Part shown: positions 10,667-23,300 of the stretch, piece by piece
Numbering within the stretch: the stretch's first letter is position 1
How the letters are laid out: each line of letters starts with the position of its first letter
DNA from: Pristiophorus japonicus
Taxonomy: Eukaryota
Assembly: GCF_044704955.1 (NCBI RefSeq)
Contig: NC_091988.1
Span: 84,754,001-84,818,000 of the forward strand
Direction: 5' to 3'
DNA length: 64,000 nucleotides
Notes under the pieces: model-generated
The model's input: the letters and a program-made list of their open reading frames with translations, nothing else
The model's database searches: none
Told to the model about the DNA's origin: nothing
Program-made: the position numbers and the translations under genes

Positions 10667-11254
10667 GGGCGAGATCTTCGGCTTTCCGTTTTCAGGGCGA
10701 AAACAGAGGCGAGGCAGGAAATTTACTGCCCAATTAACGTTAGCGATTAATTGCTTAACTTTCAACATGAGGTGGAGCACAAAGGGAGGCGTTGAACTAC
10801 TTTTGCAGCGCAAAAACAGGAACCTCGCCAACTTTAGTGCGGGGCCAGGAGCGCTCAGAGAGAGGCCTTGGGAGGGAAAAAAACATCAAAAAATCATTAA
10901 AGAAACATTGACAACACCCTTACCTCACAAATTGCTGCAAAAATTAAAACATTAAAAATTTTAACTTTCCAGTTTATCCAACTCACCACCGCCGACAGGG
11001 CTGTGTTTTCCCTGGTGGTCATCGTGGGGCGCGTTTCGCGGCGTACGGGTCGAGTGAGACTCGAAACTCGCAGCGGTGTCACAATGTGAGCCGGTGCACA
11101 CCTGGCGCAGCTCTCCCCGGTGTTTCTAAGCGCCACCGCAAAAAACGAATCGAGGATCGCGGCAGGGTGAAAAACAGCTGACCGACAGATTTTTCGCCGC
11201 GGAGGGTCAAAACCCGGCAAAAACCCGGTCGCAAATGACCCCAAAATCCAGCCC
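10667..11254. mobile_element. CpG-rich MITE-like element with 3-bp TSD (PIF/Harbinger-like)
   Basis: AAG at 10664-10666 and 11255-11257. Ends GGGCGAGATCTTCGG / CCCAAAATCCAGCCC are 11/15 complementary. Copies 22818-23431, 31341-31954, 47572-47968 (internally deleted), 60107-60720. Confidence 0.6.
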
Positions 11255-11739
11255 AAGTTCGTTCTTTCTTTTCACTGGGTGTACAAATGGATTGTCCATT
11301 TTACCGTAGTAAAACCACACTAAAACATGACGCATCGGGACACTTCCTCCAATGGGGCCGCGCCACACTACCTGAGCACAGCTTCTGCCGAAACCAAACC
11401 ACAAGTTCCTGAGGCGGCGGTTAATCCCCCCAATAAACCACAGCCAGCTTCCTCCACATCTTCCTGCCAAGGTCATGAACAACACAGCACAGCACTCCAT
11501 AAACCAATTAATCAGCAAGGCCAGGAATTATAGCAGGGCATTGACTGACTTTCTCACCCATCCATTACCGAGAGACACTAAGGCAAATTGATCAGCACCA
11601 TCGCCAAGATTAGTAAGATCTGGACAAGTTCAGAAGTTAAATGTGGTGTCTGCTTGCCTGTCTGGTTCATTTCCATCCTGTCCACCCTGAGTGAGCCATT
11701 GGGTCATAGATCAGGAGCTGGGATTCCAGGGCTGAGACT

Positions 11740-12110
11740 AAGGAGTGGGCAAGGGATGGTTGGAGAGGGGGAGGAGGGCACGGGGAGATCCCAGAGTAAC
11801 AGAAGGGGGTTTGGGGCAGGGGCCAGCTGGTTTGGCAGGGTTCGGACAGGGAGTGGGGAGCAGTGCGAGTGGTGAGGTGCTGGGGCATATCGTGGCCAAT
11901 TGAAGGGGAAAGGTGCGGGAATGAGGATGGGGGGGGGTGGGCTGGGTGGGGCTAGGATGTAGGTAACAGATGTTGGGGTGAAGGAACTGTGGATGGGATG
12001 GGGTCAGTAGCTGGCAGCATCAGTCGGGGGAGGGGGCAGGGGATAGTTAGCAGGGTGCTGGAATTGGGGATGGGGGTGAGTTCAGGAGCCAGGAGTGGGT
12101 GCGGAGGGAA
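11740..12110 (+). repeat. G-rich low-complexity tract (copies about 32440-32850, 48455-48820, 61190-61620)
   Basis: Dense GGG-GGGGG runs on the + strand. Confidence 0.7.
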
Positions 12111-12727
12111 GCTCAATTGGCAAAAGAATTTTCAATGATAATCGAGAGAGAAGGAGACTTCAGTAATAACTTAACCTCTGACCCAGGGCCTGGCGAAGGC
12201 CCAGACTGAGTGCAGCCCACGGATTGCGAGGGGTCACTCAGCCTTCCTGTCTCTCCTCCACAGTCTTGTCCATGCTCAGGTGGCCCTGGAGAGGGAGCAC
12301 GCGGTGCCCATAGGTACACTCGAGTCCTCCTGCAACCGATGGGTACCGCAGGGAAAGGAAAGTCTTATCGACACGAGTAATAATATTGTGATTTACATTA
12401 TGAGTTTATTTTAGTTTAATAGGTGATGATGTTTAATTATATTAGTGGTACTGCCTCAGTTTGAGGGGCACTTATGCAGTTGCCTCTCTGTTGGTGGAAC
12501 TGGGCAATCCAGTGTTACTTCTATTGATTTATTAAAATAAACCAAGACTTGACCAATTCTCAACATGCAATCAGCTATTGGACCTCAACAGGTCACTACA
12601 GACTGCATCAGGTTGTAGGCGCGTTATCCTGTTTAGATCTGAATCCAATCTCACTCTAAACAAGTCTCCAATCGTTTTCGAGTCTTGCACCAAAAGGATT
12701 ATAAAAGAGCCCATATACAGCTTTAAA

Positions 12728-13235
12728 ACCAACAACAACCTGCACTTATGTAGCACCTTTAACATCGTAAGATGACCCAAGGTGCTTCACAGGAAAGTTA
12801 TCAAACACAATTTGACACTGAGTCACAAGTGGAGATATTAGAACAGGTGATCAAAAACATGTCAAATAGATAGGTCTTAAAGAGCGTCTTACAGGAGGAC
12901 AAAAGCAAAATACTCCAGGAGTGGAAATTTGAAATAAAAATCGAAAATTTTGGAAATACTCAGCAGGTCAGGCAGCATCTTGGAGATAGAAACACAGTTA
13001 ACGTTTCAGGTCGATGAACTTTCGTCAGAATTTAATGTCGATGACCTTTCATCAGCGTCTGAAAGGAGGAGAGAGGCAGAGAGGAGGAGAGGCTCAGGGA
13101 GGATATTCCAGAGCTGAGGGCAAAGGCAGCTGAAGGCACAGCCAGCAATGGTGGAGCAATCGAAATCAGGGAGACGCAAGAGTTAACAATTGGAGGAGCG
13201 CAGAGATCTCGGAGCGTTGCAGGGTTGGAGGAGCC
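12728..13235 (-). mobile_element. LINE2-type 3' fragment, antisense, split by a short insert (copies about 33483-33990, 49441-49948, 62248-62755)
   Basis: Begins AACAACAACCTGCACTTATGTAGCACCTTTAAC, the reverse complement of an L2-like tail related to the SINE tail at 10610-10666. Continues after the insert with GAGAGG...TTCCAGAGCTGAGGGC...GCAGCTGAAGGCAC. Confidence 0.6.
12900..13053 (-). mobile_element. Penelope-like terminal fragment with hammerhead-like motifs, flanked by an approximately 17-bp TSD (copies 33654-33808, about 49613-49767, about 62420-62574)
   Basis: Direct repeats AGCGTCTTACAGGAGGA 12883-12899 and AGCGTCTGAAAGGAGGA 13054-13070. Minus strand reads CTGACGA-A-AGTTC-ATC-GACCT-GAAAC-GTT-AACT. 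Confidence 0.6.
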
Positions 13236-13555
13236 GAGGCAGGGGCGGAGTCGGGCAGTGGTACGGAGATGGAAATAGACTTCTTTCAGTGAAACATTAT
13301 CAAAGCTCTTAATAAAATATAGCTCTGTATTTATCTGAAGTTGTAAAGTTTGATTAAATTTACATAGTTTGAATAGAATGTATGTTCTTTAGGTGTCTGT
13401 ATATGTTTCTTTCATTATATTCTGTTTCAGTAAATCTTCAGTACATCAAAAAACAAAAGCTGAACTTGTCTTGTTCCCATAGACCCAGATAGTCTCCAGC
13501 CTGGAGCATCTCCCGATCACTGACCCAGTCTGTGTGAAAAACTTTCTGGAAACAA

Positions 13556-13647
13556 CCAATTAGTAAGATTGTTGGATAGGCTATTGGTTTAGTTTAGCCA
13601 CACCTGCTCCAATTGTTTTCAGGTGATGGCAGGCTGTGTGTATAAAA
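13556..13647 (+). promoter_or_regulatory. ZP3 G2 proximal promoter
   Basis: Same motif set as G1; TATAAAA 13641-13647. Confidence 0.7.
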
Positions 13648-13699
13648 GGGGATCAGGGGACTCCCCACAGAGCACAGTTGAGCTGCAGTAGTTTGTATT

Positions 13700-16600
13700 A
13701 TGGGGCAACTAGTGAAGGGTTTGGGGCCTCTGTTGGTTTTGATTGGAGCTGTTTGTTGCTCTGATACTAGGCAGCGGTTTAGAAACTGGGACTTCCCATG
13801 GAGCATTCAGAAGGCCACTCGTGTCCCTCCAGGCCCAGCTTTTGGTTCTGGTTTCAGTAAGTCTGAGGGGCGAAGTGTGTCTCCACTGCAGACTGTGATG
13901 GTGCAGTGTGGAGAGCAGAACCTGCTGGTCAGAGTACAGATGGATTTATTTGGAACCAGGCACCTGATTAAAGCAGCTGATCTGACCCTGGGGTCAACAG
14001 GTTGTTGGCCAACTGGGGTCTACTCTCAGAACCACACTGTCCTATTTCATTATGGGCTCCATGAATGTGACAGCACAGTAAAGGTAATGTGATTCTTGAT
14101 CTAAAACCTTCTGCAAACAATGGGCCCCTGGGAGGAGGAATACTGGCATAGATTAGTTGGGCTGAATGGACTATTTGTGCTGAACATTCTATGAAATATT
14201 TGGACCTGAAACAATATGATAATGTAAGCTTTCATTTTGATTGGACTTCATGTTCAGAATATTTTAGTGAGGCTTGTTTAAATGAGATTCTCCATTGAGG
14301 TTTCTTTCCCTGATTCAACCTCTTATTGATTGAATCAAAACTGGGCATCTGGACTGAAGTACAAGGTTATGAGACTGCCTTGAGCAATGTAATAGTGGAG
14401 GGTGAGATGAAGGGTTGCAGCTACATGAGTGACTTTTTTGCTGTACATTTGGTGGTTTAGCCTTGATTTTCTGAGATTGGTTGGGACACAGTTGGAGTTC
14501 CATGCTGTTTTTGACTTGTAGAAAGAATCATGGGAACTGATTACTAAATATTCAAGTGTTCTTTATGCAAAAATGCTTGGAAAGATTGAGGCATTTTTCA
14601 TCAAATTGAGGTGCCTCTAGACTAAAGGCAGAACATGCTTATGGTGAAATTGTACTGAGGAAACCTAGACTGAAGACAATCCTTTGAAGGGATTCTCAGG
14701 ATTGTTGACATTTTAGAATGTTATGTTTTGAATAGTCAGACTAGATACTGCAAGCTCAAAGTAAGATGTGACCATAGTCCTTTTATTACAGATCACAGTG
14801 CCTCTCCAGCCTGAGACCTCCTTTTTTTTTTATATATACAGATGCTCGCATGGCATTGTGGGGTCCCTTGGGACTCCAGGGGATAAGTCCTCTGGTGGTT
14901 AGACATGTTTACATACATCACAGACTGCATCACCATAAGTGACCATAAAGTACTGAGACCCAATGGAGCAGTTATCCTTATTTCTGTCTTCCATCCCTAA
15001 ACCCCTCTGCCTCTACCACTCCATCTATTTATGGCACTTATTAAAACTTTGTTTGTGGCCAAGCCTTTGGTCAAATATCTTGCATTGATTTGGTGCCAAA
15101 CTTTTTTTTCTGAACCACCCTGTGAAGTGTCTTAATGTTTTACTATGTCAAGTGAGTTTTATATAAATGCACAAGTGGATGATTGTGGGTCACTTCCCTG
15201 CAGAGGCCTACAATATCTCTTCAAATGGATTTGGATAGGGCTGGGACTCTAATTAATAGAAGTATGAATTGCTGTGTTTCTCTAAACACTGCTCTCTTGT
15301 CCAAGAATGACTCCCTTGTTCTGTACCTGACCCTGACCAGATCACATTTTCTCTCCCAGAGGACGGATGACCTGCTGATTTACACCAGCCACCTGTACTA
15401 CAGGCCAAGCCGTATTGGAGGAGTCATTGTGAGAACCAGTGGAGCAGTTGTCCCTATTGTGTGCCATTATCCCAGGTAAGGTGGATGATTGACAGGCTCT
15501 CCTTTCCTCTGATGGGGTTGTGAATTGGAAGTAAAACTGGCCTTTCTTCTTCCCACAGGAAGAGGACAGTGAGCAGCAATGCGATCAAGCCCACCTGGGT
15601 CCCCTTCTCCTCCACCAAGGCCGGAGAGGGACGTCTGTCATTCTCCCTGCGTCTGATGACTGGTAAGTGATTGTCAATTGTCTACCATGCATGTTTTACC
15701 CATTCCTTGGAATCAAGTGAGGAACCCAAAGCTTGTGTTCCTGCTCTCATTCCCTTTCCCTTTCCAGCTAACTGGAGTGCAGAGCGTACCTCCAATATCT
15801 ACCACCTGGGTGACCTCATTAACATCGAGGCCTCTGTGATGACCGTGAACCACATGCCTCTGAAGCTCTATATTGACCGCTGTATAGCTACACTGAGCCC
15901 AGACCAGGACTCCACCCCCAGATACAACATTATTGACTTCAACGGGTAAGGTCTTTATCTGGGCTGCATATGTCACACACATAACTGTTTGGCGGAGGGA
16001 ATCCATTCTTAATGATGCAGCTCTTTCTGACCCTCTTTCCAGTTGCCTGTTGGACAGCCGAGACGAAGACTCCTTTTCGTCCTTCGTCACCGCGAGATCA
16101 CCTGGATAAGCTTCAGTTCAAGCTGGATGCATTCCGCTTCTTTGAGGATGACAGGGACTTGGTAAGAGGAGACCAGATGTTGAGACAGTGAGCGTTTGAC
16201 ACTGAGTAACTCGTGCATGTGTCTCCTGCAGATCTTCATCACTTGCCACCTGAAAGTAGCTGCAGCAGATCAAAGGCCAGATTCAGTCAACAAAGCTTGT
16301 TCCTTCCAGAAGCCAGCCAACCAGTGAGTGAAATCTAACCAACAATGGTGATCCTCTTTGGTCAGAATGCATCCATATGCCAATGGTGTGCTTCCTTGTT
16401 TGTTTAGATGGTCCCTGGTGACTGAATTGGACCTGTCCATGGTGGAAGGATCCACTGAGGTTTGTGCATGTTGTGATGGGGGCAACTGCGGAGCCTCGAG
16501 ATTGCGATCTGGAGGAAGACTTCACTCCAGGGGCAGGAGAGAGGTCCTATCTGAGCTGGGTATGTTGTGGTGGTGTTGGGACTATTGTTCGATGTTTGTT

Positions 16601-16923
16601 TGTAACTGGATGGAATGACTTGTTGCAGAGTCGGAGCCTGTGTGGGAGGGTGAAGCCTCCCTTGGGCCCCTGATCATTCTGGATGCTGATCTGAAGGACC
16701 TGGTCCATTCGATGGGAAGTGAAGCTGTCGAGCCTCGTGAGGAGATTCCGAGTTCTTCTCCAGGTGAGTGTTGATTTTGAGAACCCAATTCCAGTCTAGT
16801 GACTCCTGACTCAATGGCTTCTCATTCTCTGCAGGTGAGGTGCTTCTGGTTGTGATGTTGGTAGCTGGGGCCATGATCTCAGCCACTCTGGTGGCCTTCT
16901 TCCTCTTCAGGAAACACACCTGA
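13700..16923 (+). pseudogene. ZP3: ZP3 copy G2, 2-bp deletion in exon 5 (probable pseudogene, or sequence error)
   Basis: Exons 13700-14083, 15360-15475, 15559-15662, 15768-15945, 16043-16161 (119 nt vs 121 in other copies), 16232-16323, 16408-16559, 16629-16763, 16835-16923. TTCGTCACCG vs TTCGTGTCACC in the others gives a premature TAA at 16107-16109 (282-aa product). Confidence 0.85.
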
Positions 16924-17706
16924 ATCCTTTCTCATTTGGGCTTTTCCACCATTTGTCAAAAAATGGAGTAATAAATTTGAAATGTGACTTGCTTGAATCA
17001 GTCTTTGGTCTTGGTGTTTTGAACTTCAGTTGTTTCAAAGGCCCCTCCTGTGTTTACATTCCACATTTCCCTTGTAACAAGTGTTTATATAAAAAAAAAA
17101 AGACTCCATTCCTATTGCAGCTGCTTGTGCTATTATGATACTGGTCACGGCAACCATCCCACTCCCACTTTCCCTAATGAGCCCCGATTCTCTCTGACTA
17201 TTTCCAGCACATTAGTCGGTCCCGGTTCTCTGATTCAATGAAATGGCCTTTTGCCCATCTGATATATTTTTTAACAATTAAAGGCCACAGGGTTTTGTTT
17301 TATTTTCCAAATTGGTCCCAGTAGTGTGCAGATCATTGTTGGAAGTTTGAAATCGCAGCTGGAACACAATATTGAGTGAAAAATTGGGTCTGAATGTGAG
17401 GCCCTCCTTGGTAGAGCAAGACTGCTAATGCTCACAGTTGAAGAATGAATGAGTTTGGGCAGCAAAGGGCAGCCAACACCCTTGTAACTATTGGTGTGAG
17501 TCAACCATTCAGCAGAGAAAATGAGGGCCAGGGTTGAGTTACTGCAGATTATATAAATGTGTTTGCAAACTGTTTCTGTTTTGCTGGTAATGGTGCCATT
17601 CAACTGGGCTGTCTCCCAAAAGACAGTGACTCACTGACCCTAGCATCTCCTTTACTCCCGGCACCTGCTGCCTATTTCCTTTCACCTTCATTTGATTGAC
17701 AAACCT

Positions 17707-17851
17707 NNNNNNNNNNNNNNNNNNNNNNNNNNNNNNNNNNNNNNNNNNNNNNNNNNNNNNNNNNNNNNNNNNNNNNNNNNNNNNNNNNNNNNNNNNNNNN
17801 NNNNNNNNNNNNNNNNNNNNNNNNNNNNNNNNNNNNNNNNNNNNNNNNNNN
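17707..17851. other. Assembly gap (145 N)
   Basis: Run of N. The homologous interval in spacer 1 (about 4468-5221) is about 750 bp. Confidence 0.99.
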
Positions 17852-18849
17852 CACCACCTGCCACTTTGGGGTCAATTGAAACTCAGCAGTACCTGAGTTT
17901 AAAAGGATGGAACCTGCATGCATACAGCAGGGTAGGAGGCCACTTGACCCTTTTTGCCTGTATTTAATATTGAAGCATGGAAAATAGGAGCAGTAGTAGG
18001 CTGTTTGATCCTGTACCACCATTCAATATGATGATGTCTGATCCTCTCTCTCTCCTCTCCTCACCATATTCCTGCTTTCTCTCCATACTCTTTTTTTTTT
18101 TTTTTTTGTCTTGCTATATATCAAATATATTCCATGACTTAATTTCCACAGCCTTCTGTGGTAGAGAATTCCACAGGTTCACCACCCTCTGAAGAAATTT
18201 CTCATGTCCTAAATTTCCTACCCCTTATCCTGAGACACTGACCCCTTGTTCTCGACTTCCCAGCCAGGGGCAATATCCAGTCTGTCCAACCCCATCAAAA
18301 TTTTATATATTTCACTGAGCTCTCCTCATTCTGCTAAACTCTAGTGAATACAGGCCTAGTTGACTGATTTCTCGCCTCATACGAGTCTTGCCATCCCAAG
18401 GAATCAGTCTGGTGACCCTTTGCTGCACTCCCTCTATGGAAAGTATAACCTTTAGTACTTTAAATCTATCATCTGGTGACTGACCCTTCTGCTAGAAAGT
18501 GTTCTCCTTCCCATTCCTTATGAAAACCTTCATAACTTTTTGAAAGTCTCTATTAAATCTCCACTCCTCTGGATTAAATATTGTGCCTTTAAATGGATGT
18601 AAGTAATAAGGAGCTGCTGCCATCTTTCTGCAGAAGGTAGATGGGGTTACAGACATCCAGCATTCAGTCAGCCAGGAAGTTGTGTGAGCAGGTTCTAGTC
18701 TCTCTCCAGTGCCAAGGGAATAGACCAAAGCAGCATCTCCTTAATTGGCCACTGCAGGTAGGTATGTTTTGGCCTCTGTGTACTGTAACTTCACTAAATG
18801 TGATCCATATTTAATATCCCTCAAGGGTTAGTTGTAATTGTCTTAATTT

Positions 18850-20390
18850 TCTACGGGTACATAAAGAAAGAATAGTTAAGGTAAATGTTGGCCCCCTAGA
18901 GAATGAGACTGGGGAACAGGGAAATGGCAGACATTGAACAAATATTTTGTAATCTTCGGTAGACAATTTTTTACTGCTCCAATGATTGACCTGGACCTTG
19001 TATATTTGTCACTGGTCACCATCCAGCACCTGATGGCCTACCTGCAGTAAGCTGGCTGCTGTGCATTCTCCCTGCCCCACAGGGGACAATGGAAAGCGTT
19101 GTGACGTCGAGGAAGCCATGCCCCTGTCACTCCCTGCTCCCGGAGGCAGGTGGACTCATGTTGCCCAAAGATGGCACCTAAAACTCACCGCAACCCCAGA
19201 CAGTAAAAAAAAAAAAGCCCTTCCACCCAAAGGTGCCCTGCCGCCGACTCGGTAGCCAAATCTCTCCACCCGCACATGTACTTGAGTAAGTCTGCAGGGA
19301 GGTTGTGCGCTGCCCAGGACGCTCCTCCATCCTCCGCAGTGGCTGTGAAACACGTCTGTCCACCAGTAATCTCCCACATGGAAGGTTACTGCACAAGATA
19401 AAAGTTCACGGGGTTGGGGGTAATATATTAGCATGGATAGAGGATTGGCTAACACAAGAGTCGGGATAAATGGGTAATTTTCCACTTGGCGAACAGTAAC
19501 TAGTGGGGTGCTGCAGGGATCGGTGCTGGGTCCTCAACTATGTACAATCTATTAATGACTTGGATGAAAGGACCGAGTGTAATGTAGCCAAGTTTGCTGA
19601 TACAAAGATGGGTGGGAAAGCAAATTGTGAGGAGGACACAATCTGCAAAGGGATATAGACAAGCTAAGTGGGCAAAAATTTAGCAGCTGGAGTATAATGT
19701 GGGAAAATGTAAGGTTATCCACTTTGGCAGCAATAATTGAGAAGCAAATTATAATTTTAAATGAAGATAAATTGCAAAATGCTGCGGGGCGGGGGGGTCC
19801 TTGTGCAAGAAACAAAGTTAGTATGCAGCGACAGCAAGTAATCAGGAAGGCAAATGGCATGTTGGCCTTTATTGCAAGGGGGGATAGAGTATCGAAGCAG
19901 GGAAGTCCTGCTACAACTGTACAGGGTATTGGTGAGGCCACACCTGGATTACTGTGTACAGTTTTGGTCTCCGTATTTAAGGAAGGATATACTTGCATTG
20001 GAGGTTGTTCAGAGAAAGTTTACTAGGTTGATTCTGGAGCTAAGGGGGTTGACTTATGAAGGTAGGTTGGGCCTATATCATTGGCGTTCAGAAGAATGTG
20101 AGATATTGACAAGATAATGAGAGCTTGACCAGGTGGATGCAGAGGACTTAGTCTCAGAATAGGGGGCTGCCCATTTAAAACTGAGATGAGGAATTTCTTC
20201 TCGAGTGTTGTAAATCTATGGAACTCTGTCCCAGAGCGCTGCAGTCATTGAATATATTTAAGCTGGTGATAGGTTTTTGAGCGGGCAGGGAAGGGAGCTG
20301 AGTTCATTATCAGGTCAGCCATGATCTTATTAATTGGTGGAGCATGCTCGAGGGACCAGGTTGCCAACTCCTGCACCTATTATTCTCATA
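18850..20390 (+). mobile_element. Decayed CR1 ORF2 and 3' end, B-type spacer version (copy about 56160-57695; mostly deleted at 28730)
   Basis: QQVIRKANGMLAFIARGIEYRSREVLLQLYRVLVRPHLDYCVQFWS peptide, followed by a CR1-like 3' UTR (CAGCCATGATCTTATT...CTCCTGCACCTATT). Confidence 0.85.
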
Positions 20391-23300
20391 CTACTTCTAG
20401 GCTCCCTGACCAGAGGAAATATTTTTCCTCACCAATTCCTTTTAACCTACATCTCAATTCGATCACCCTTTTTCCTTCTTTACTCAAGGAATACAAACCT
20501 AGTCGAAGCAGCCTGTTTGTATAATTTAGCCCTAGTATCATTCTGATAAATATTGGCCAGAACATGTAGAGGACTGACCTCTTTTCAATAGTCCCATCGG
20601 ATATTTTACGGCCGCTAGCGAGGCCAGATGGAGCCACGGTTGAACGTCCCATCAGAAAGACGAACCTCTACCAGTGTAGTGCTCCTTCAGTATTCAACTA
20701 GTGTTGGCCTGGATTTTGTGCTGCAGTCTCTGGAGTGGGATTTGCATACATGATCTTCTGACCTCAGGTAGGGGTGCTACCTACTGAGGCAAATTCAATG
20801 TCTGATCTCCTCTGTACTAAACATTGTTAATGGTACTGAGGCCAACAGAGCAGAAAATCCCAGATTCGATGCTTGGTCTGCTCAGTGTTTGCTAATCTCA
20901 GCAAGGGGAGCAGTGGGGGGGAATAGAGTTGGCCTCTGACTCTTGGCTAGTGCGGTGGCAAGTTAGCTGAAGATTCTTGCTCCTGATCACCATCTGGACA
21001 TCCTGTCTGGAAAGTGCAGTTATGAGGAGTGGATTCAAATTTTTGATGCTGTTTTCCAATCCCCCACCCTCAACCCAACACTCCCTCAATATCCCTTTCC
21101 CAACTCCACCCCTAGGCTGGAATCAGTATAAAACTCCCCTTGGGCTGTACTTGTAATCTTTTTGTATATATAAAGCACCATGTAATGCAAGTTCTGTTCA
21201 GTAATGTATGTTGCAAAGAAATCTAACTGTAACCTCACCCATTCCATGTACTGTAATTTGATGACTGTATTACAATGTATCCTGAATTGTACCTCTGCAA
21301 TGTAAAGCAAGCAAATGTATTGAATGGAACTGCTGTCAGTATCCAACTGTATTGTATTAAATTGCTGACCACATCCAACTGTACTGAACTGCTTTTCAAT
21401 GTATTTTGAATATAAAAATTTACAATTATACTTGGAAATGAAACAAAAACTCCACTTCCCTACCCTACCACGGTCAAGTAACGAAAACATGCATTGGCTG
21501 GGCATACAAGAACAGCAGCCAATCAGGGTGAGGAATCTCTTTGAATCAATGCCTTCAGGCAAGGAGAACATTGGAGTGGGGAACAAAAAGACCCAAACTA
21601 AAACAAATTGAGCTTTCTTCTTTGGGCTTTTGGGATTCAAGGTATGGATTTGACCCAGCCTGATGAAATGGAAGACTCTATACTCTTTTTCTCCCTTTCT
21701 TTTTTTTACACTCCCTGCTGCCTTTACTGGTTAGAGGATAATCTCCACTCTTTCCAACCCAGACCCACAGCACAAAACTAACTCTCAATCAGGTGCTTAA
21801 AAATGGTCGTTCTCACTCTCCCAGCTCACAAGGAGTGTCTAGTGTGAGATGGGGTAATGCCACACTGGTATAGGGGTTCTTGCCCATGTCCGCGCAGTGT
21901 TAATTTTCATTGTTGGGGTCAGCATTCCTCTTCCCAAATCTCCAACCACCATTGTAAAAGGTCTGGGAATCTGGTTCGAAAATGAAATTGTGGGGAAAAC
22001 TGGCCCGCCCTGGATATAGGGCTGCCAACGCTCCAGGATTATCCTGGAGTCTACACCAAATAAAGATAAATCTCCACGACACTGCTGCAAGCAGAAAAAT
22101 CACAGGAGCATTAAAATAAATTGTCGTCTTCATTTTCTCTGAGTACTTCTGTTTATTGATGATAAAAATATTGGAGAAAGGATAAAATGGTTATCTGACT
22201 GGGAATCAAGAATCACCTGCGTGGGTAAGGAAATGACTCCGCTCTCCAATCAGGATGGGAAGGTGGGGTGCCCTCAGGATGAACGTGTTGGTGGAGGGGT
22301 TGGAGGTCATGTGATGAAACCTCCAGGAATATGTCCAAAGAGGAGTTGGCCGTTCTGCCTGGGTATCGGAACACTCCGACTGGGTTACCGCCTCCGCATC
22401 TTATTCATTCATAGAGTAGCTTTATATATTACACGAGTCGATCTCTCCTGGTGTTGTTCATGGGAAGTCCAGGATCTCTTTCTTGATAACTATAGGGGCC
22501 CTGTGGAAGATTATACATAATAGAGGCCCAACTGGTCAGCCATGGTGCAATAGGTAACATGCTCGCACCTCAGTCAGAAGGTTGTGGGTTCAAGTCCCAC
22601 TTGAGGGAGTTGAGCAGGTAATCCAGGCCAACACTTCCAGTGCAGTACTGAGAGAGTGCTGCACTGTCGGAGGTGCCGTCTTACGGATAAGACATTAAAC
22701 TGAGACTCTGCCTGTAATTCTGTCATTACAACTGTGACCACACTTCAAAAATTCTTTGTTGACTGTAAAGTGCTTTTGGATGTTCCGTGGTTGTGAAATG
22801 TGCTATATAGACACAAGGGGCGAGATCTTCGGCTTTCCGTCTTCAGGGTGAAAACAGAGGCGAGGCAGGAAATTTACTGCCCAATTAACGTTAGCGATTA
22901 ATTGCTTAACTTTCAACATTTGGGCTCTGTGCCAGAGGTGGAGCGCAAAGGGAGGCGTTGAACTACTTTTGCAGCGCAAAAACAGGAACCTCGCCAACTT
23001 TAGTGCGGGGCCAGGAGCGCTCAGAGAGAGGCCTTGGGAGGGGAAAAAACGTCAAAAAATCATTAAAGAAACATTGCCAACACCCTTATCTCACAAATTG
23101 CTGCAAAAATGAAAACATTAAAAATTTTAACTTACCTTTTTTCCAGTTTATCCAACTCACCACCGTCGACAGGGCTGTGTTTTCCCTGGTGGTCATCGTG
23201 GGGCGCGTTTCGCGGCGTACGGGTCGAGTGAGACTCGAAACTCGCAGCGGTGTCACAATGTGAGCCGGTGCACACCTGGCGCAGCTCTCCCCGGTGTTTC

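Larger units (their letters stand above)
5400..14620 (+). repeat. Segmental duplicate of about 42340-51340 (A-type spacer plus G2/G5 exon 1)
   Basis: Near-identical by eye; ATG-to-ATG offset 36714. G2 and G5 share IGAV and LLVRVQ in exon 1. Boundaries approximate. Confidence 0.85.

Noticed and set aside
21086-21640. Recurrent 177-184 aa minus-strand ORF (also 29615, 58421)
   Set aside because: No recognisable domain, variable C-terminus and broken in A-type spacers; recurrence is explained by recent duplication.
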